Positions 24,901 to 35,040 of a DNA stretch of 64,000 nucleotides are shown piece by piece (position 1 is the first letter of the stretch; every line of letters begins with the position of its first letter). The position numbers and the translations under genes are program-made. Origin of the DNA: Psilocybe cubensis (lineage: Eukaryota); NCBI GenBank assembly GCA_017499595.2, contig CM039010.1:124001-188000 (forward strand), given 5' to 3'. A model generated the notes under the pieces. That model was not told the DNA's origin and ran no database searches. It saw only the letters and a program-made list of their open reading frames with translations.

Positions 24901-26911
24901 GTCGTCTTTAATGCAACTCTCATCGCCAATCAGAAGCACATTCACATTCTCCTCCACCACCACCGGTACCACCGCTAACAACAACAATAACACCAACACC
25001 GCATATTCCAACGCAGACGAACCCGAACTCGACTTTGACCCGCTCATGCTAAGTAGAGATAGGCGATACCGTCAGCTGCAGATGCAGCGCTATCCCGCTC
25101 CCGCTCCTGCGCCTGTTCCTTCCCCTGTTCATGGGTCTGGGTCGACGGCGGGGTCGGGGTCTAACTCGAATGCGGGCTCGACGCCGAATTCGAATGCAGG
25201 GTCGGCTGTTAATTCGCCTGTGGGACTTTCGCGGGCGGCGTCCAAGACGCGTGGGCACGGTGCTGGTCACGGGCATGGATTTGGGCACGGACTGGGATTT
25301 GCGGGGAAGAGCCAGCAGCAGCAGTACCAGCAGCAGCATCATAGTCGAACGCATTCGCGCTCTGTGTCGGGGATGGAGGCGTTTATGCCTGTGCATGGTT
25401 CTGGTGGCGGTGCTGGAAATTTAGGTGCGCAAGGGCAAGGCAGGGCGGGCGCGGGTGCGGGTGTGGGTGAGCCGCGGTTGTATCATTCCGCGTCGATGCC
25501 TTTGAATCAGGGCGGTTCGGGTGCGGGTGTGGGTGCGGGTGTGGGTGTGGGTGTGATTTCGGGTGTGATTTCGGCGTCGCCGCCGCGGTCGAACAATTCC
25601 ACGTCTTCGACTTTGGCGTCGGTAACGGCAACGAGTGGACAAGACAGAACGCCCGCTATGCGTATCCCTATCCCTATCCCGAACCCTATTCCCTCACCAA
25701 TCGCCATACCCAAACGTCAAACCCAGACATACAATCAAAACGAAATGGGAATAGGAGTGGATAAACCGATTTTATCGCCGAAGCAGATAAGCGAGATTGA
25801 GGAGGCTGTTGAGCGCGAGGCGCAGGAGAGGGAGAGGGAGGCGAAGGAGAGGGAGAGGGAGAAGGCGAATGTGGGTTTGGGTTTGGATTGGAGTCAGGGT
25901 GTAGGGATGGGGATGCCGCCGCGATCGCCTAGACGCGCGAGCTCTGCTGGGATGAGTGCGGGTGTTGGTGCGGGATCGCCGCCGCGCGCTGGTGCTGTTG
26001 GACTTGGTACAGGTGTGGGGTCGCTGGGTAGATCCGCTAGTGTGCTTGGTTCGAGTGTTGGTGCCCATAGTGGTGCCCATAGTGGTGCGAGTGGAAGTGC
26101 GAGTGGAAGGAACGTGTTGAGGAAGAAGACGAGCGATGTTGTGCTTGCGCAGCGGGATGGTGCTTCTTCAGCTGTAAGCGCGAGCGCAAGTGCAATGGCA
26201 TCTACGACAACTACAACTACTACCACCATCACAGCGAGCTCTGGATCAGGGTCAGGATCGGGTTTGGGCGCAGGGTCAGGATCAGGATCAGGGAGACAAC
26301 AAAGACCTAAACTGTCACTACCGCTCCCTTCTGCGTTGGCTGCTATGGCTTCTGCTTCGTCGGGCGCAGCTATGGGTATGGGTGGGGGTGGGGGGTCGTA
26401 TAGCGCTTATCCGAGCTCCAGCATGGGTATGGGTATGGGTGCGAGCTCGAGTTCGTATGATATCCATTCGCCTACGAGCACGACGAATGCGAACGCTTCG
26501 CATGCTTTCCATGCATCTGCGTCGGGTGTTGGTGTTGGTGCTGGTGTTGGTGTTGGGTCTGGTGCTGGTGTCGGGTCTGGATCTGGATCTGGATCTGGAT
26601 CTGGATCTGCTAGTGCCGGTGGTGGTAATACATTGAATGCGAACACAGCTACGGCTACGGCTACGCAAGGAGGAGGAGGAAGTGGCGGAGGCGGTGGTGG
26701 TAGTGGGATGAGAAATTCGATTTTGAGAAGGATGAGGTCGGGGTCTAGTTTGCGGAGGCAGTTGCGCGGCACAGGAGGGGGAGGGACAGGAGGGGGTAAT
26801 GAAGAGGAAGTTGTGCCTGTGCCGCTTTCGCCTACTTTTGCTGGTTCTGCTTTTGGTGAGGGGAGGGAGGGGAGGGAGAGGGAGGGGAAGAAGGGGGTTT
26901 GGAAGCGGTAG
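15919..26911 (+). CDS. Very large (~3,500 aa) low-complexity protein with ubiquitin-like and split PH-like conserved blocks; 5' exon(s) unresolved
   Basis: Four long ORFs join in frame through GT-AG introns (17919-18013, ~21535-21778, 24734-24898). Ordered islands: WKVRHVKQLIL, YVLIRFSTGQILEDDFVLSWYGIRSDELVELH, WEGWVRALR, WRERWVVIRDGTINLCKSRE, KIVCAKF, EWIVLDMGSDVAFNSILRVFHR, LPYPEWR, SEIEWVAWVTDL. Confidence 0.75.
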
Positions 26912-28164
26912 GGAGGGGTTGAGGAGGGGGTGTTTTGGGTTTTTTGTTGGTTTTGGTTTGATCTCACCTCACTTCACTCCACCTGTCCTCCCATCTCAAT
27001 TTTTTGTTTTTTGTTTTCTTTTTGTTCTATGAACGAACGATTGGATGCATATTTTAATTGATAGTTTTACCTATATTTTATACTTTTATTTTTTGATTTA
27101 CCTTGGTGGTACTACTAGTACTACTGATAATAGTTTGTCGGATGCGGATACGGTTACCCCCTCTCTCTCTATCTTCTTACTTTTTTTTTTCTATTTTTCT
27201 GACATCTTGTTCCTTTTTTTTTTTGTTCCCTCTATTTCCACTTGTTTCTCTTTTTGGTCGGTTGTGATTATCCCGATTCCAGAGTCCGATACCACTAGCT
27301 GGTTAATTGTTATTTATGTATTTTGAATACATCTGAATGCGAATACATCTGAATGCGAATGTATCTGAATCAATGCGAATGTATCTGAATCAATGTGTAT
27401 GTGAATGTATCTAATCAATGTGAATGTGAATGTGCGCTGCTTTTTACTCTTTGGAATGTGGTGACTATGTATACAGAAGTATGCATGTTTTGGGTTTGGG
27501 GTTTGGGTTTTGGGCTGTGAGCCGTGGGCTGGAGGTGTGAGATGAGCTGTTAGCTGGTGGTGTGGGCTGGAGGTGTGAGGATGATGTGTGAGATGAGGTG
27601 TGAGGATGATGTGTGAGATGAGGTGTGAGATGAGCTTTGAGCTATGAAATGTGAGGTGTGAGATGAAGTGTGTCACAGATGAAATGGGTGGGTGGGGTGT
27701 GGATAGGTGGGCAGTTCTAAGTTCCAATTGTTTCAGACTGTCGTGGGTTGGGTGATGGGTCCAGGTCTGGACTGTGAAATTTTTTTTTGTGAGATGCGTT
27801 CTGGATTTTTGGATTTCTGGATTTCTTGATTTCTTGATTTCTGGTTTTCTGGATTTATGGTGGTTATGTGGTCTACGTTTCGATGTGTGTGGTAATTCGA
27901 ATATTTCGCATAAAAGGTTTGTGTGGAAGGGTTGTGTGGAAAAGGTTGCTGGAATGCTGTTTTTACGTTAGTTTACCTTCCTTTGCGTAGCTTTCCTTTC
28001 CTTTCTCTTGTTTTTTTTGTTTTCATTTACCTTGTTTTTGTGTTCGGTCTTATCTTTGACTGAAGTACGACGTTCCGTGTGTGTGTGTGTGTGTATGCCA
28101 TGCCATGCCATGCCAGGCGGACATTCGGATATTCGGACTTTGACAGTTGACTTGCAGTGGTAAT

Positions 28165-28617
28165 TAAGGCTCCAACCGTTTAGTTTCCGTTTAAATTTTT
28201 TTACAAACTAAACGGAAACGGTAATAAACAGTTTACAAACGTTTATAAACGTTTGTAAACAGTAAGCTCGAGGGTGGCTACAAGGGCAGGCGTTCAACAG
28301 CGTTCAACGCATCACTTGTCCTAATGCGGCCCATTTGCCAAGGAATATAATAGTCGGCACCTAATTTGTACAAAAATGGGACCAAAACAAGAGTGCAAAT
28401 GAGTTAGTTTGGTGTAAAGAATAAAAAATGAATCATTTGATGTAATACGCACCCAATATTGTCCAAAAAAGAGATATACTTTAGCACAAAAATTTGTTAC
28501 TGTTTGAACCGTTTATAAACGTTTGTAAACTGTTTAGCAAGGCTCGTAAACTAAACGAAACAGTAAACGGTATATACCGTTTACAAACGATAAACAAATG
28601 AAACGGTTGGAGCCTTA
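28165..28617. mobile_element. hAT-like MITE (453 bp)
   Basis: 17-bp TIR TAAGGCTCCAACCGTTT and 8-bp TSD GTGGTAAT (28157-28164, 28618-28625). Subterminal GTTTACAAAC/GTTTATAAAC/GTTTGTAAAC motifs at both ends. Confidence 0.92.
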
Positions 28618-28715
28618 GTGGTAATAGCCTGTGAACGTTGAACGTTGGATTTAAAAGGAGGTGTGGAATTCGAAATTCGCATCGCTAACGAGCCACGACA
28701 CTTCTCGTTCTTTTT

Positions 28716-28891
28716 TTTTTCAATCTTTTCAATCTTTTTAATTTTTTTAATCTTTTTAATCTTTTTAATCTTTTCAATCTTTTTAATCTTTTTAATCTTT
28801 TTAATCTTTTTAATCTTTTTAATCTTTTTGTACTTGATCTTTTTGTACTTGATCTTTTTGTACTTGACCTTTTGTACCTGACCTTTTGTAC
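28716..28891. repeat. 9-bp (TTAATCTTT) tandem array grading into a 15-bp (TTGTACTTGATCTTT) array
   Basis: Directly visible in the sequence. Confidence 0.9.
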
Positions 28892-29314
28892 TGAAACCCG
28901 TCTTACTTTGGTGTCAATAGGAAAACGAACAATATCCTTTACCCCTATGCCACGTCCACGTCCACGGCCACGGCCACGTACGAGCGCATTGTAGATTTCC
29001 TTGATGCAGTAAAAATACCGTTTTTTTGTTTCTTTTTTGAGATGGTGAGCTCAGCTGGTCGGACACGGACAGTTGGGGTTTTTGGAGGTTGGAATGGGCT
29101 TTGAGCTTTGTAAGCTTGAAGCTTGAAGCTTGAGTTGTGAGTTGTGAGTTGTGAGTTGTGAGGTGTGGATTGTGGATTACGAGTTCGCATCGCTAAAGAT
29201 GTCATTATGTTTTGTTCTTTTTGATTTTATCGTTTATCTTAGACTTGTACTGTACTAGTAGTGGGAACGAGAACACGAATGTGAATGTGAATGTGATTGG
29301 AATATGACCGGAAA

Positions 29315-29857
29315 CACGGCGGGCAAAAGTGCTGACTAGTCAGCCTGGGAGTTGGTCTGACCAGTCACCTGACCAGTGTGCTGACTAGTCACCTGACTAG
29401 TCATGTAGCTGTCACGCATTTATTGTCGCGCTGCTAAGTTTCTGTAATTCCGCTCATTGATTGTAGAACAGAGGATTTCTTTTCTATGCCCCAGACTTAC
29501 ACAGGACGGGCGTCGTGTACCTTCTAAACAACGTCGGGTGACCGTGCACAAGTACTCTGAAAGTGTGATTAGTTATCCATTTGTTTGAATACTGACCGAA
29601 TTTCAACCAAACACAAGAAATATCCAATTCCGAGTCATTCATTACTTTTCCTCAGTGACAGTGCTTCGGAAGACAATGGTTTATTCCCATTTAATCTTAT
29701 GTTACTGAACTCATTTACCAATACTAACCAGCGTGACAACATTTGTGTGACCTCTCCTGACTGGTCAGTTGATTCGTCACGGAACGCGTCACGATATGGT
29801 CACGTGACTGGTCAGACCAACTCCCAGGCTGACTAGTCAGCACTTTTGCCCGCCGTG
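29315..29857. mobile_element. MITE with CACG termini and 3-bp TSD (CMC/EnSpm-like, 543 bp)
   Basis: Perfect 54-bp TIR starting CACGGCGGGCAAAAGTGCTGACTAGTCAG (29315-29368 / 29804-29857). AAA is duplicated at 29312-29314 and 29858-29860. Subterminal TGAC(T/C)AGTCA repeats. Confidence 0.92.
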
Positions 29858-31476
29858 AAAGAACCGTAAACGCCCACGTTCATGACCACGTCCATGTCCA
29901 AGTGCATTGTTGATTGGCATGCAGTAAAAATACATTTAATATTTGAATCTTTGATAACATTGCCTTCAATCGATCTAGTAATGTATGCAATATAGTTGGT
30001 TGGACACTCGGATTTTATTTTTGACACCTTTGACAATGGCCTTTTGAATGTTTGTTACTTGTTAGGAGGTGTGAATTCGGATCCCATACATTTTCTTGAT
30101 CTTGATGTCAGAATAGTATTACTAAAAATACATATTGAACCTTTGTCACTTTGATAAAGTTGGTTTTGACCTATCTAGTGTGTAGGTATGAGAACGGAAG
30201 GATTGAAAAGGCAATTTCGTATTTTATAGTTGAGCTAGTTAGTAATAGTAGTTGGTTCGTTTATAATATTAATGGTATGTTGATATTAATGTTGATATTG
30301 ATATTAATTGATGGATCATCGCGTGTGGTGTGTGTGGTGTGTCCACAGCACCACACACCACAGCACACAGGATTCAGGATTCAGGATTCAGCAAGGGACA
30401 CCTATCGCATTGTCAATGTCATTGCCTGGATTAGATACTACGTGGATTAGGATTAGATAACCCCAAGAGGCAAGTGTGGCCCGCAAGAGTGATGCGCGGG
30501 ACACATGACGGGAAGCTGGAACGCGTGTTTTGATCCCGCGAAAGAAAACGTGTTCGTTCCATGGTCTACCCACATCACGACAGGATTGGGATGGGATGGG
30601 GTGGGATGAATGGATGGGTAGATTTCCATGTTGAGCGCGCTGGGTTTATCGATGTGTGGGCTGGGCTAGAGTTCCTGTGAACACGGAGTTGGTCTAGGGA
30701 TAGTGTGGTGGACTTATTTATGTTTCGCCAGCGGGAAGATAGGGGATGTGGAACTGGATGCGACTCGGGTATGCTTCGGAGCTGATTCAGAGCAGCGGGG
30801 ATGTGATTGTGAGGAAGAGTGAGAATGAGCTGGCTGTGCGATAACGGGCAGAGTGGCAGCGTTGTAAGCCAGGCGTATACCCGAGCACGGGGTGGGAGTT
30901 GGAGATGGCGACGACGGACACGAGGTGCGGTCGATCAACGGTGCGTGTGTGCTGGGTTTATTGCTCCCACCTTTTTCTCCTTCCCCTTCCCCTCCCTTCC
31001 CTTTCTCTAACCCCCCTCCTCCTCCCCTCCTCGTCCCGTCCCGTCCCCCTCCTCTTCCTCTTCCGAATATTCGTGCATACGATCTCCCCTGTTCTATACC
31101 CCCGACGGACGGACGGACGGATTGGATACCCTGTGCCCTGCTTTATACCCTACTCTCGCATTCACGACCCGTTTCCGTTTCACGACATAGAGCATATCCA
31201 TATCTCTCCATCGCATACACGCCACGCCACGTCATTTCTTTCATCTCATCTCATCACATCGCATCGCATCTACAAGCAAGCGCACATACGGTACGTCGCT
31301 GCGCTGTCCTCGAGGCGCACTATCTCATGCTTTTCGTAGCTCTCCTTGTTCTCGTACTCGCTCACACTTCCTTTTCGCTTTCATACGCAGTCTAAGCCGG
31401 ACTTGACATCATCGACGCCCCTTTGTGTCTGGACGAACGCGCAGACGTAGACCGCTGTGTGCCGCACCGCAGATCG

Positions 31477-34400
31477 ATGCCATATTCCTCCGCCACATCC
31501 AATTCATACACCGCCACGCACTCCAAACGCACGCGCGCCGCACGCTCCAGCTCCAGCTACGCCCCCCTCCTCCCACCTACCCCTACCCCTACCCCCACCC
31601 CCGCAGCCATCGCGCCAGCACTCACTCCCGCTCCCGCACCGGCACTCGCACTCGCACCAGCAACGCTCACCCTGCCGCTCCCCATCCTCGCCCGCAAATC
31701 CGCGGCGCCGTGCACGCTCTCGCTCGCGCACGTCCATGCGGGCATGACCATGAACACGAGTACAAGTACGAGTACGAGCACGAGTAAAGGCACGATGAGC
31801 GTTGTGAACGTCACCCCGCACAAAGGTCGCGCGCGCGCGGAGATCAGTATGCAGCTTGATTTGAAAGTCGATGTGGATGTTGACGTCGATACGGATTTTG
31901 ATCTTGATCTTGTGAGGTGGGCGAGTGGGACGGTGCCTGTTCCGGTGCAGGTCCAGCTCGTTGGGAGCGCGGGTGCCGATGCCGAGCGTGAGGGTGCGGG
32001 TGCTGGTGAGCAAGGGCAGATGCAAAGTCAGACCCAGCCAAAACACGCCTTCCTCGCACACCCGCCCCCACCCCACGTCCCGGGTCAATCGAGGAGAGCG
32101 GTGATGAGAGCGCGCAAGCGCGGTGTGAGGACGCTTAAGAGCGCTGATATCAATTGTATCCCGTTTCCTACCTCCGTCGCACCTTTGCCCTCGTCCTCGT
32201 CCTCGTCCTCGTCTTCATCGTCATATTCGTCTAGTTCGACATATTCAACTTCAAATTCGAGCACGACGTCAATCGACTCGGGTCCTTCCTACACTTCACC
32301 TTCACTTTCGTCATCTTCACCACACGCACTCCTCCGCCAATCCTCCCGCGCATCTGCACCCGCACGCGCGCGTCACACCAAACCCACCAAACCCACCACC
32401 AAACTCACCACCACCGCCGCCGCCGCACCAGCACATGTACCACCAACTCTCCCAACGCCCCGCGCCTCGCTCCGCGCGTCGCCGTCGGTGCAGCCTTCGT
32501 TGCCTTCTGTGCATGTCCAGGTGCAGCGTCAGCTTGCGCGCGGCGCACATACATCCGTCCCTGTTCCGGTGCAGTGTGTGCAGGTGTATACGCAGTTCCA
32601 GCAGTTCCAGGAGGGGTATACGCAGTTCCGGGAGGGGTATGAGCAGCAGCAGGGGTATGGGTACCCGGAGAGACCGTCCTCGCCTGCGCCCGATGCGGTG
32701 TCGCAGCGCCATATCCCACACCCTCAGCACTCTCCACAACAACACGCTCAACACGCCCACCTCCCACCCACAGCGCCTCTTTCATCCGCAGCCCAGAACC
32801 CCGCCAAAGACGCGCCAACGACAACGACAAAGCAAGACAACAAAGAAACACACACATCAGACAAAGACAAAGACAGAATCTCGCTCGCGGCGCTCGCTGC
32901 TCTGCTCAACGACAAAAAGGCGCAGTTCCAGGTGCAGAGGTTTAAAAAAGAGGAGGGGGAGGTGGATGATCCGCCGCCGCCTTATAGGCGCTCGCCGTCG
33001 CCTTCTCAGGGGGCGCAGGTGCAAGAGCACGAGCACGAGCAGGCGCAAGGTCGAGAGCGAGAGCAGGCGCAAGGTCGAGAGCGAGAGCGAGAGCAGGAAA
33101 TAAAGCAGGTGAAGCAAGGGACACAGCCCATCCCCATCCCCATCCCCCCGCGCCCGCGCCCGCTGCCGCTGCCGCTGCCGCAGGTTGTAGCGCCTATCCC
33201 GATTAAACCGCGCGCTTGTTCTGGCGCTGGCGCTGGTTCTGGTGTGGGAGGGGTGTCGCGGATTCCTGGTCCGGTGCTTTCGCCTTCGCCTTCTTCGTCG
33301 TCTGTGCCTTCGTCTGTGGCTTCGTCGTCGCAGGCGTACTCCCAGCATCACCAACCACAGCAGCACCAGCCCCAGCAGTACCACAGACCCTCGCAAACCC
33401 AAACCCACTACCAGCACCAACGAACCCGCATCCGGATCTCATCGTCCGATCTGCGCGTGCTCGTGCATCTGTATAGGACTATTATGGATGGGGTTGAGAG
33501 GCGGTATCGCTATCGGGATGAGATGGGGCGGGGGGCTGAGAGGGCTTCGAGTCCTGGATCGGGTTTGGGTTCTGGTGCGAGTCTGGGTTCTGGTGCGAGT
33601 CTGGGTTCTGGTGCGAGTTCGACGCTGGGACCGACGCTGGGACCGACGCTGGGACCGATGGCGGGTTCGAGTCGTTCGACGAAGGTACCGGCACAGACAC
33701 AGACACCAGCACCTGGGAGGATGGTCCGTGTGCGCTCGGTGGTGGATGATAATGATAAAGACGACGACGCGCTTGCGGGTGCGGGTGTGGGCACCAAGCA
33801 CGTCGCGCACGCGCATGCGCAGAGGAACGCGGTGATAGGATCCGGGTCGGCGCTCGCTGATGATCTCAAGGCTTCGGGGTCGGGGTCGAGTCGGGTTGGA
33901 AGGTTTGGGAGGTTCCCGCTTGTGGAAGATGAGGATGTCTCGTCGTCGTCGTCGTCGTCGGCGTCGGCGTACTCCAAGTCGTCGGTAAATGCAGACAAGC
34001 ACGCAGATAAAGACGCGGAGGACGACGAGGATCACGTTCTCCCGACTTTCCCTTCCTCCCCATCCCCATCCACATCGAAATCCACAATCTCAAACACGAT
34101 CCCAACGCTCTCGTTCTCAGAAGCACAAGCACAAGCAGAAATCCGGCGCCAGCGCGCCGAGCTCGAAGTCCAAGATGCGCTCCTCGCCATCCGGCTCAGG
34201 GGGTTTTTGAGGATGCAGGGTGTTTCTGAGGCGGAGCTTGATTTGCGCGGGCCGCCGCCGCCGCCGCCGCCTGCGCGTGCGGGTTCGACTTCGGGGCAGG
34301 TGAATGAGGTGGGTGGTGTGGAGGCAGGGAGGAAGGGGGAGGAAGCTGGGAGAGAAGGTGGGAGGACTAGAGAGGAGGAAGAGGAGGAGGAGGAGGAGGA

Positions 34401-35040
34401 TAGAAGGATGATGGAGGAGGTTGAAGAGGAGATGATCAAGATTCGGGATGAGGCGCGTGCGGCGGCGGGGCGGGGGAAGATGTCTTCCCAGTCTTCCCAG
34501 TCTTCCCTGCCTCAAAGCCAGAGCCAGCGTCAGCCATCGCAATCCCAACAACTCCAAAGTCCTAGCCAGACCCAACAAGCACAACAAGCACAAGCACAAC
34601 CACAACAAGCACGACCAATCCGATCCTCGCCCTCCCCACCTCCCCAACCGCGCCGCACGATCCTCCCGACATCGTACATGATCGCGTTTTTACTGATGAA
34701 ACACCACATGGCACCCTCTTCCTCCTCTTCGTCTTTATCGGGAACGGGGAGGCGCGGTTCGTTCGGTGCTCAGGGAAGCTACTACACCACAAGTGGGAGT
34801 GGGAGTGGGAATGGGAAGAGGGCGAGTGGGCGCGGGATGAGAAGTGCGTTGCGGTCGTGTGCTTGGGTTGCTGATCCTGATCCCTGTTCTCGTTCTGTTC
34901 AATGTGATGGTGTTGGAGGAGGAGGAGAAGAGGGGGGTGAATGGGAAGGACAAGAGGGTGGGGGTGGGGGTGTAGGAGGTGTAAGAGAGGTTGAGGAGGA
35001 GTATGATACTGCGTCTGTTGTGGATTGGTATGCTTATTGA
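31477..35040 (+). CDS. Low-complexity hypothetical protein (~1,190 aa, single ORF)
   Basis: 3.5-kb open frame from ATG 31477. Short ordered islands (SDLRVLVHLYRTIMDGVERRYRY; QDALLAIRLRGFLRMQG; ILPTSYMIAFLLMKHH) sit within S/P/Q/E-rich repeats. Confidence 0.6.
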   Translation: MPYSSATSNSYTATHSKRTRAARSSSSYAPLLPPTPTPTPTPAAIAPALTPAPAPALALAPATLTLPLPILARKSAAPCTLSLAHVHAGMTMNTSTSTSTSTSKGTMSVVNVTPHKGRARAEISMQLDLKVDVDVDVDTDFDLDLVRWASGTVPVPVQVQLVGSAGADAEREGAGAGEQGQMQSQTQPKHAFLAHPPPPHVPGQSRRAVMRARKRGVRTLKSADINCIPFPTSVAPLPSSSSSSSSSSSYSSSSTYSTSNSSTTSIDSGPSYTSPSLSSSSPHALLRQSSRASAPARARHTKPTKPTTKLTTTAAAAPAHVPPTLPTPRASLRASPSVQPSLPSVHVQVQRQLARGAHTSVPVPVQCVQVYTQFQQFQEGYTQFREGYEQQQGYGYPERPSSPAPDAVSQRHIPHPQHSPQQHAQHAHLPPTAPLSSAAQNPAKDAPTTTTKQDNKETHTSDKDKDRISLAALAALLNDKKAQFQVQRFKKEEGEVDDPPPPYRRSPSPSQGAQVQEHEHEQAQGREREQAQGREREREQEIKQVKQGTQPIPIPIPPRPRPLPLPLPQVVAPIPIKPRACSGAGAGSGVGGVSRIPGPVLSPSPSSSSVPSSVASSSQAYSQHHQPQQHQPQQYHRPSQTQTHYQHQRTRIRISSSDLRVLVHLYRTIMDGVERRYRYRDEMGRGAERASSPGSGLGSGASLGSGASLGSGASSTLGPTLGPTLGPMAGSSRSTKVPAQTQTPAPGRMVRVRSVVDDNDKDDDALAGAGVGTKHVAHAHAQRNAVIGSGSALADDLKASGSGSSRVGRFGRFPLVEDEDVSSSSSSSASAYSKSSVNADKHADKDAEDDEDHVLPTFPSSPSPSTSKSTISNTIPTLSFSEAQAQAEIRRQRAELEVQDALLAIRLRGFLRMQGVSEAELDLRGPPPPPPPARAGSTSGQVNEVGGVEAGRKGEEAGREGGRTREEEEEEEEEDRRMMEEVEEEMIKIRDEARAAAGRGKMSSQSSQSSLPQSQSQRQPSQSQQLQSPSQTQQAQQAQAQPQQARPIRSSPSPPPQPRRTILPTSYMIAFLLMKHHMAPSSSSSSLSGTGRRGSFGAQGSYYTTSGSGSGNGKRASGRGMRSALRSCAWVADPDPCSRSVQCDGVGGGGEEGGEWEGQEGGGGGVGGVREVEEEYDTASVVDWYAY

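Noticed and set aside
28716-28891. CRISPR-like array
   Set aside because: Simple contiguous tandem repeat with no unique spacers, in eukaryotic DNA.
15896-34953. Long antisense and alternative-frame ORFs over the two low-complexity genes
   Set aside because: Shadow ORFs of GC-rich repeat-coding strands, with no ordered motifs of their own.
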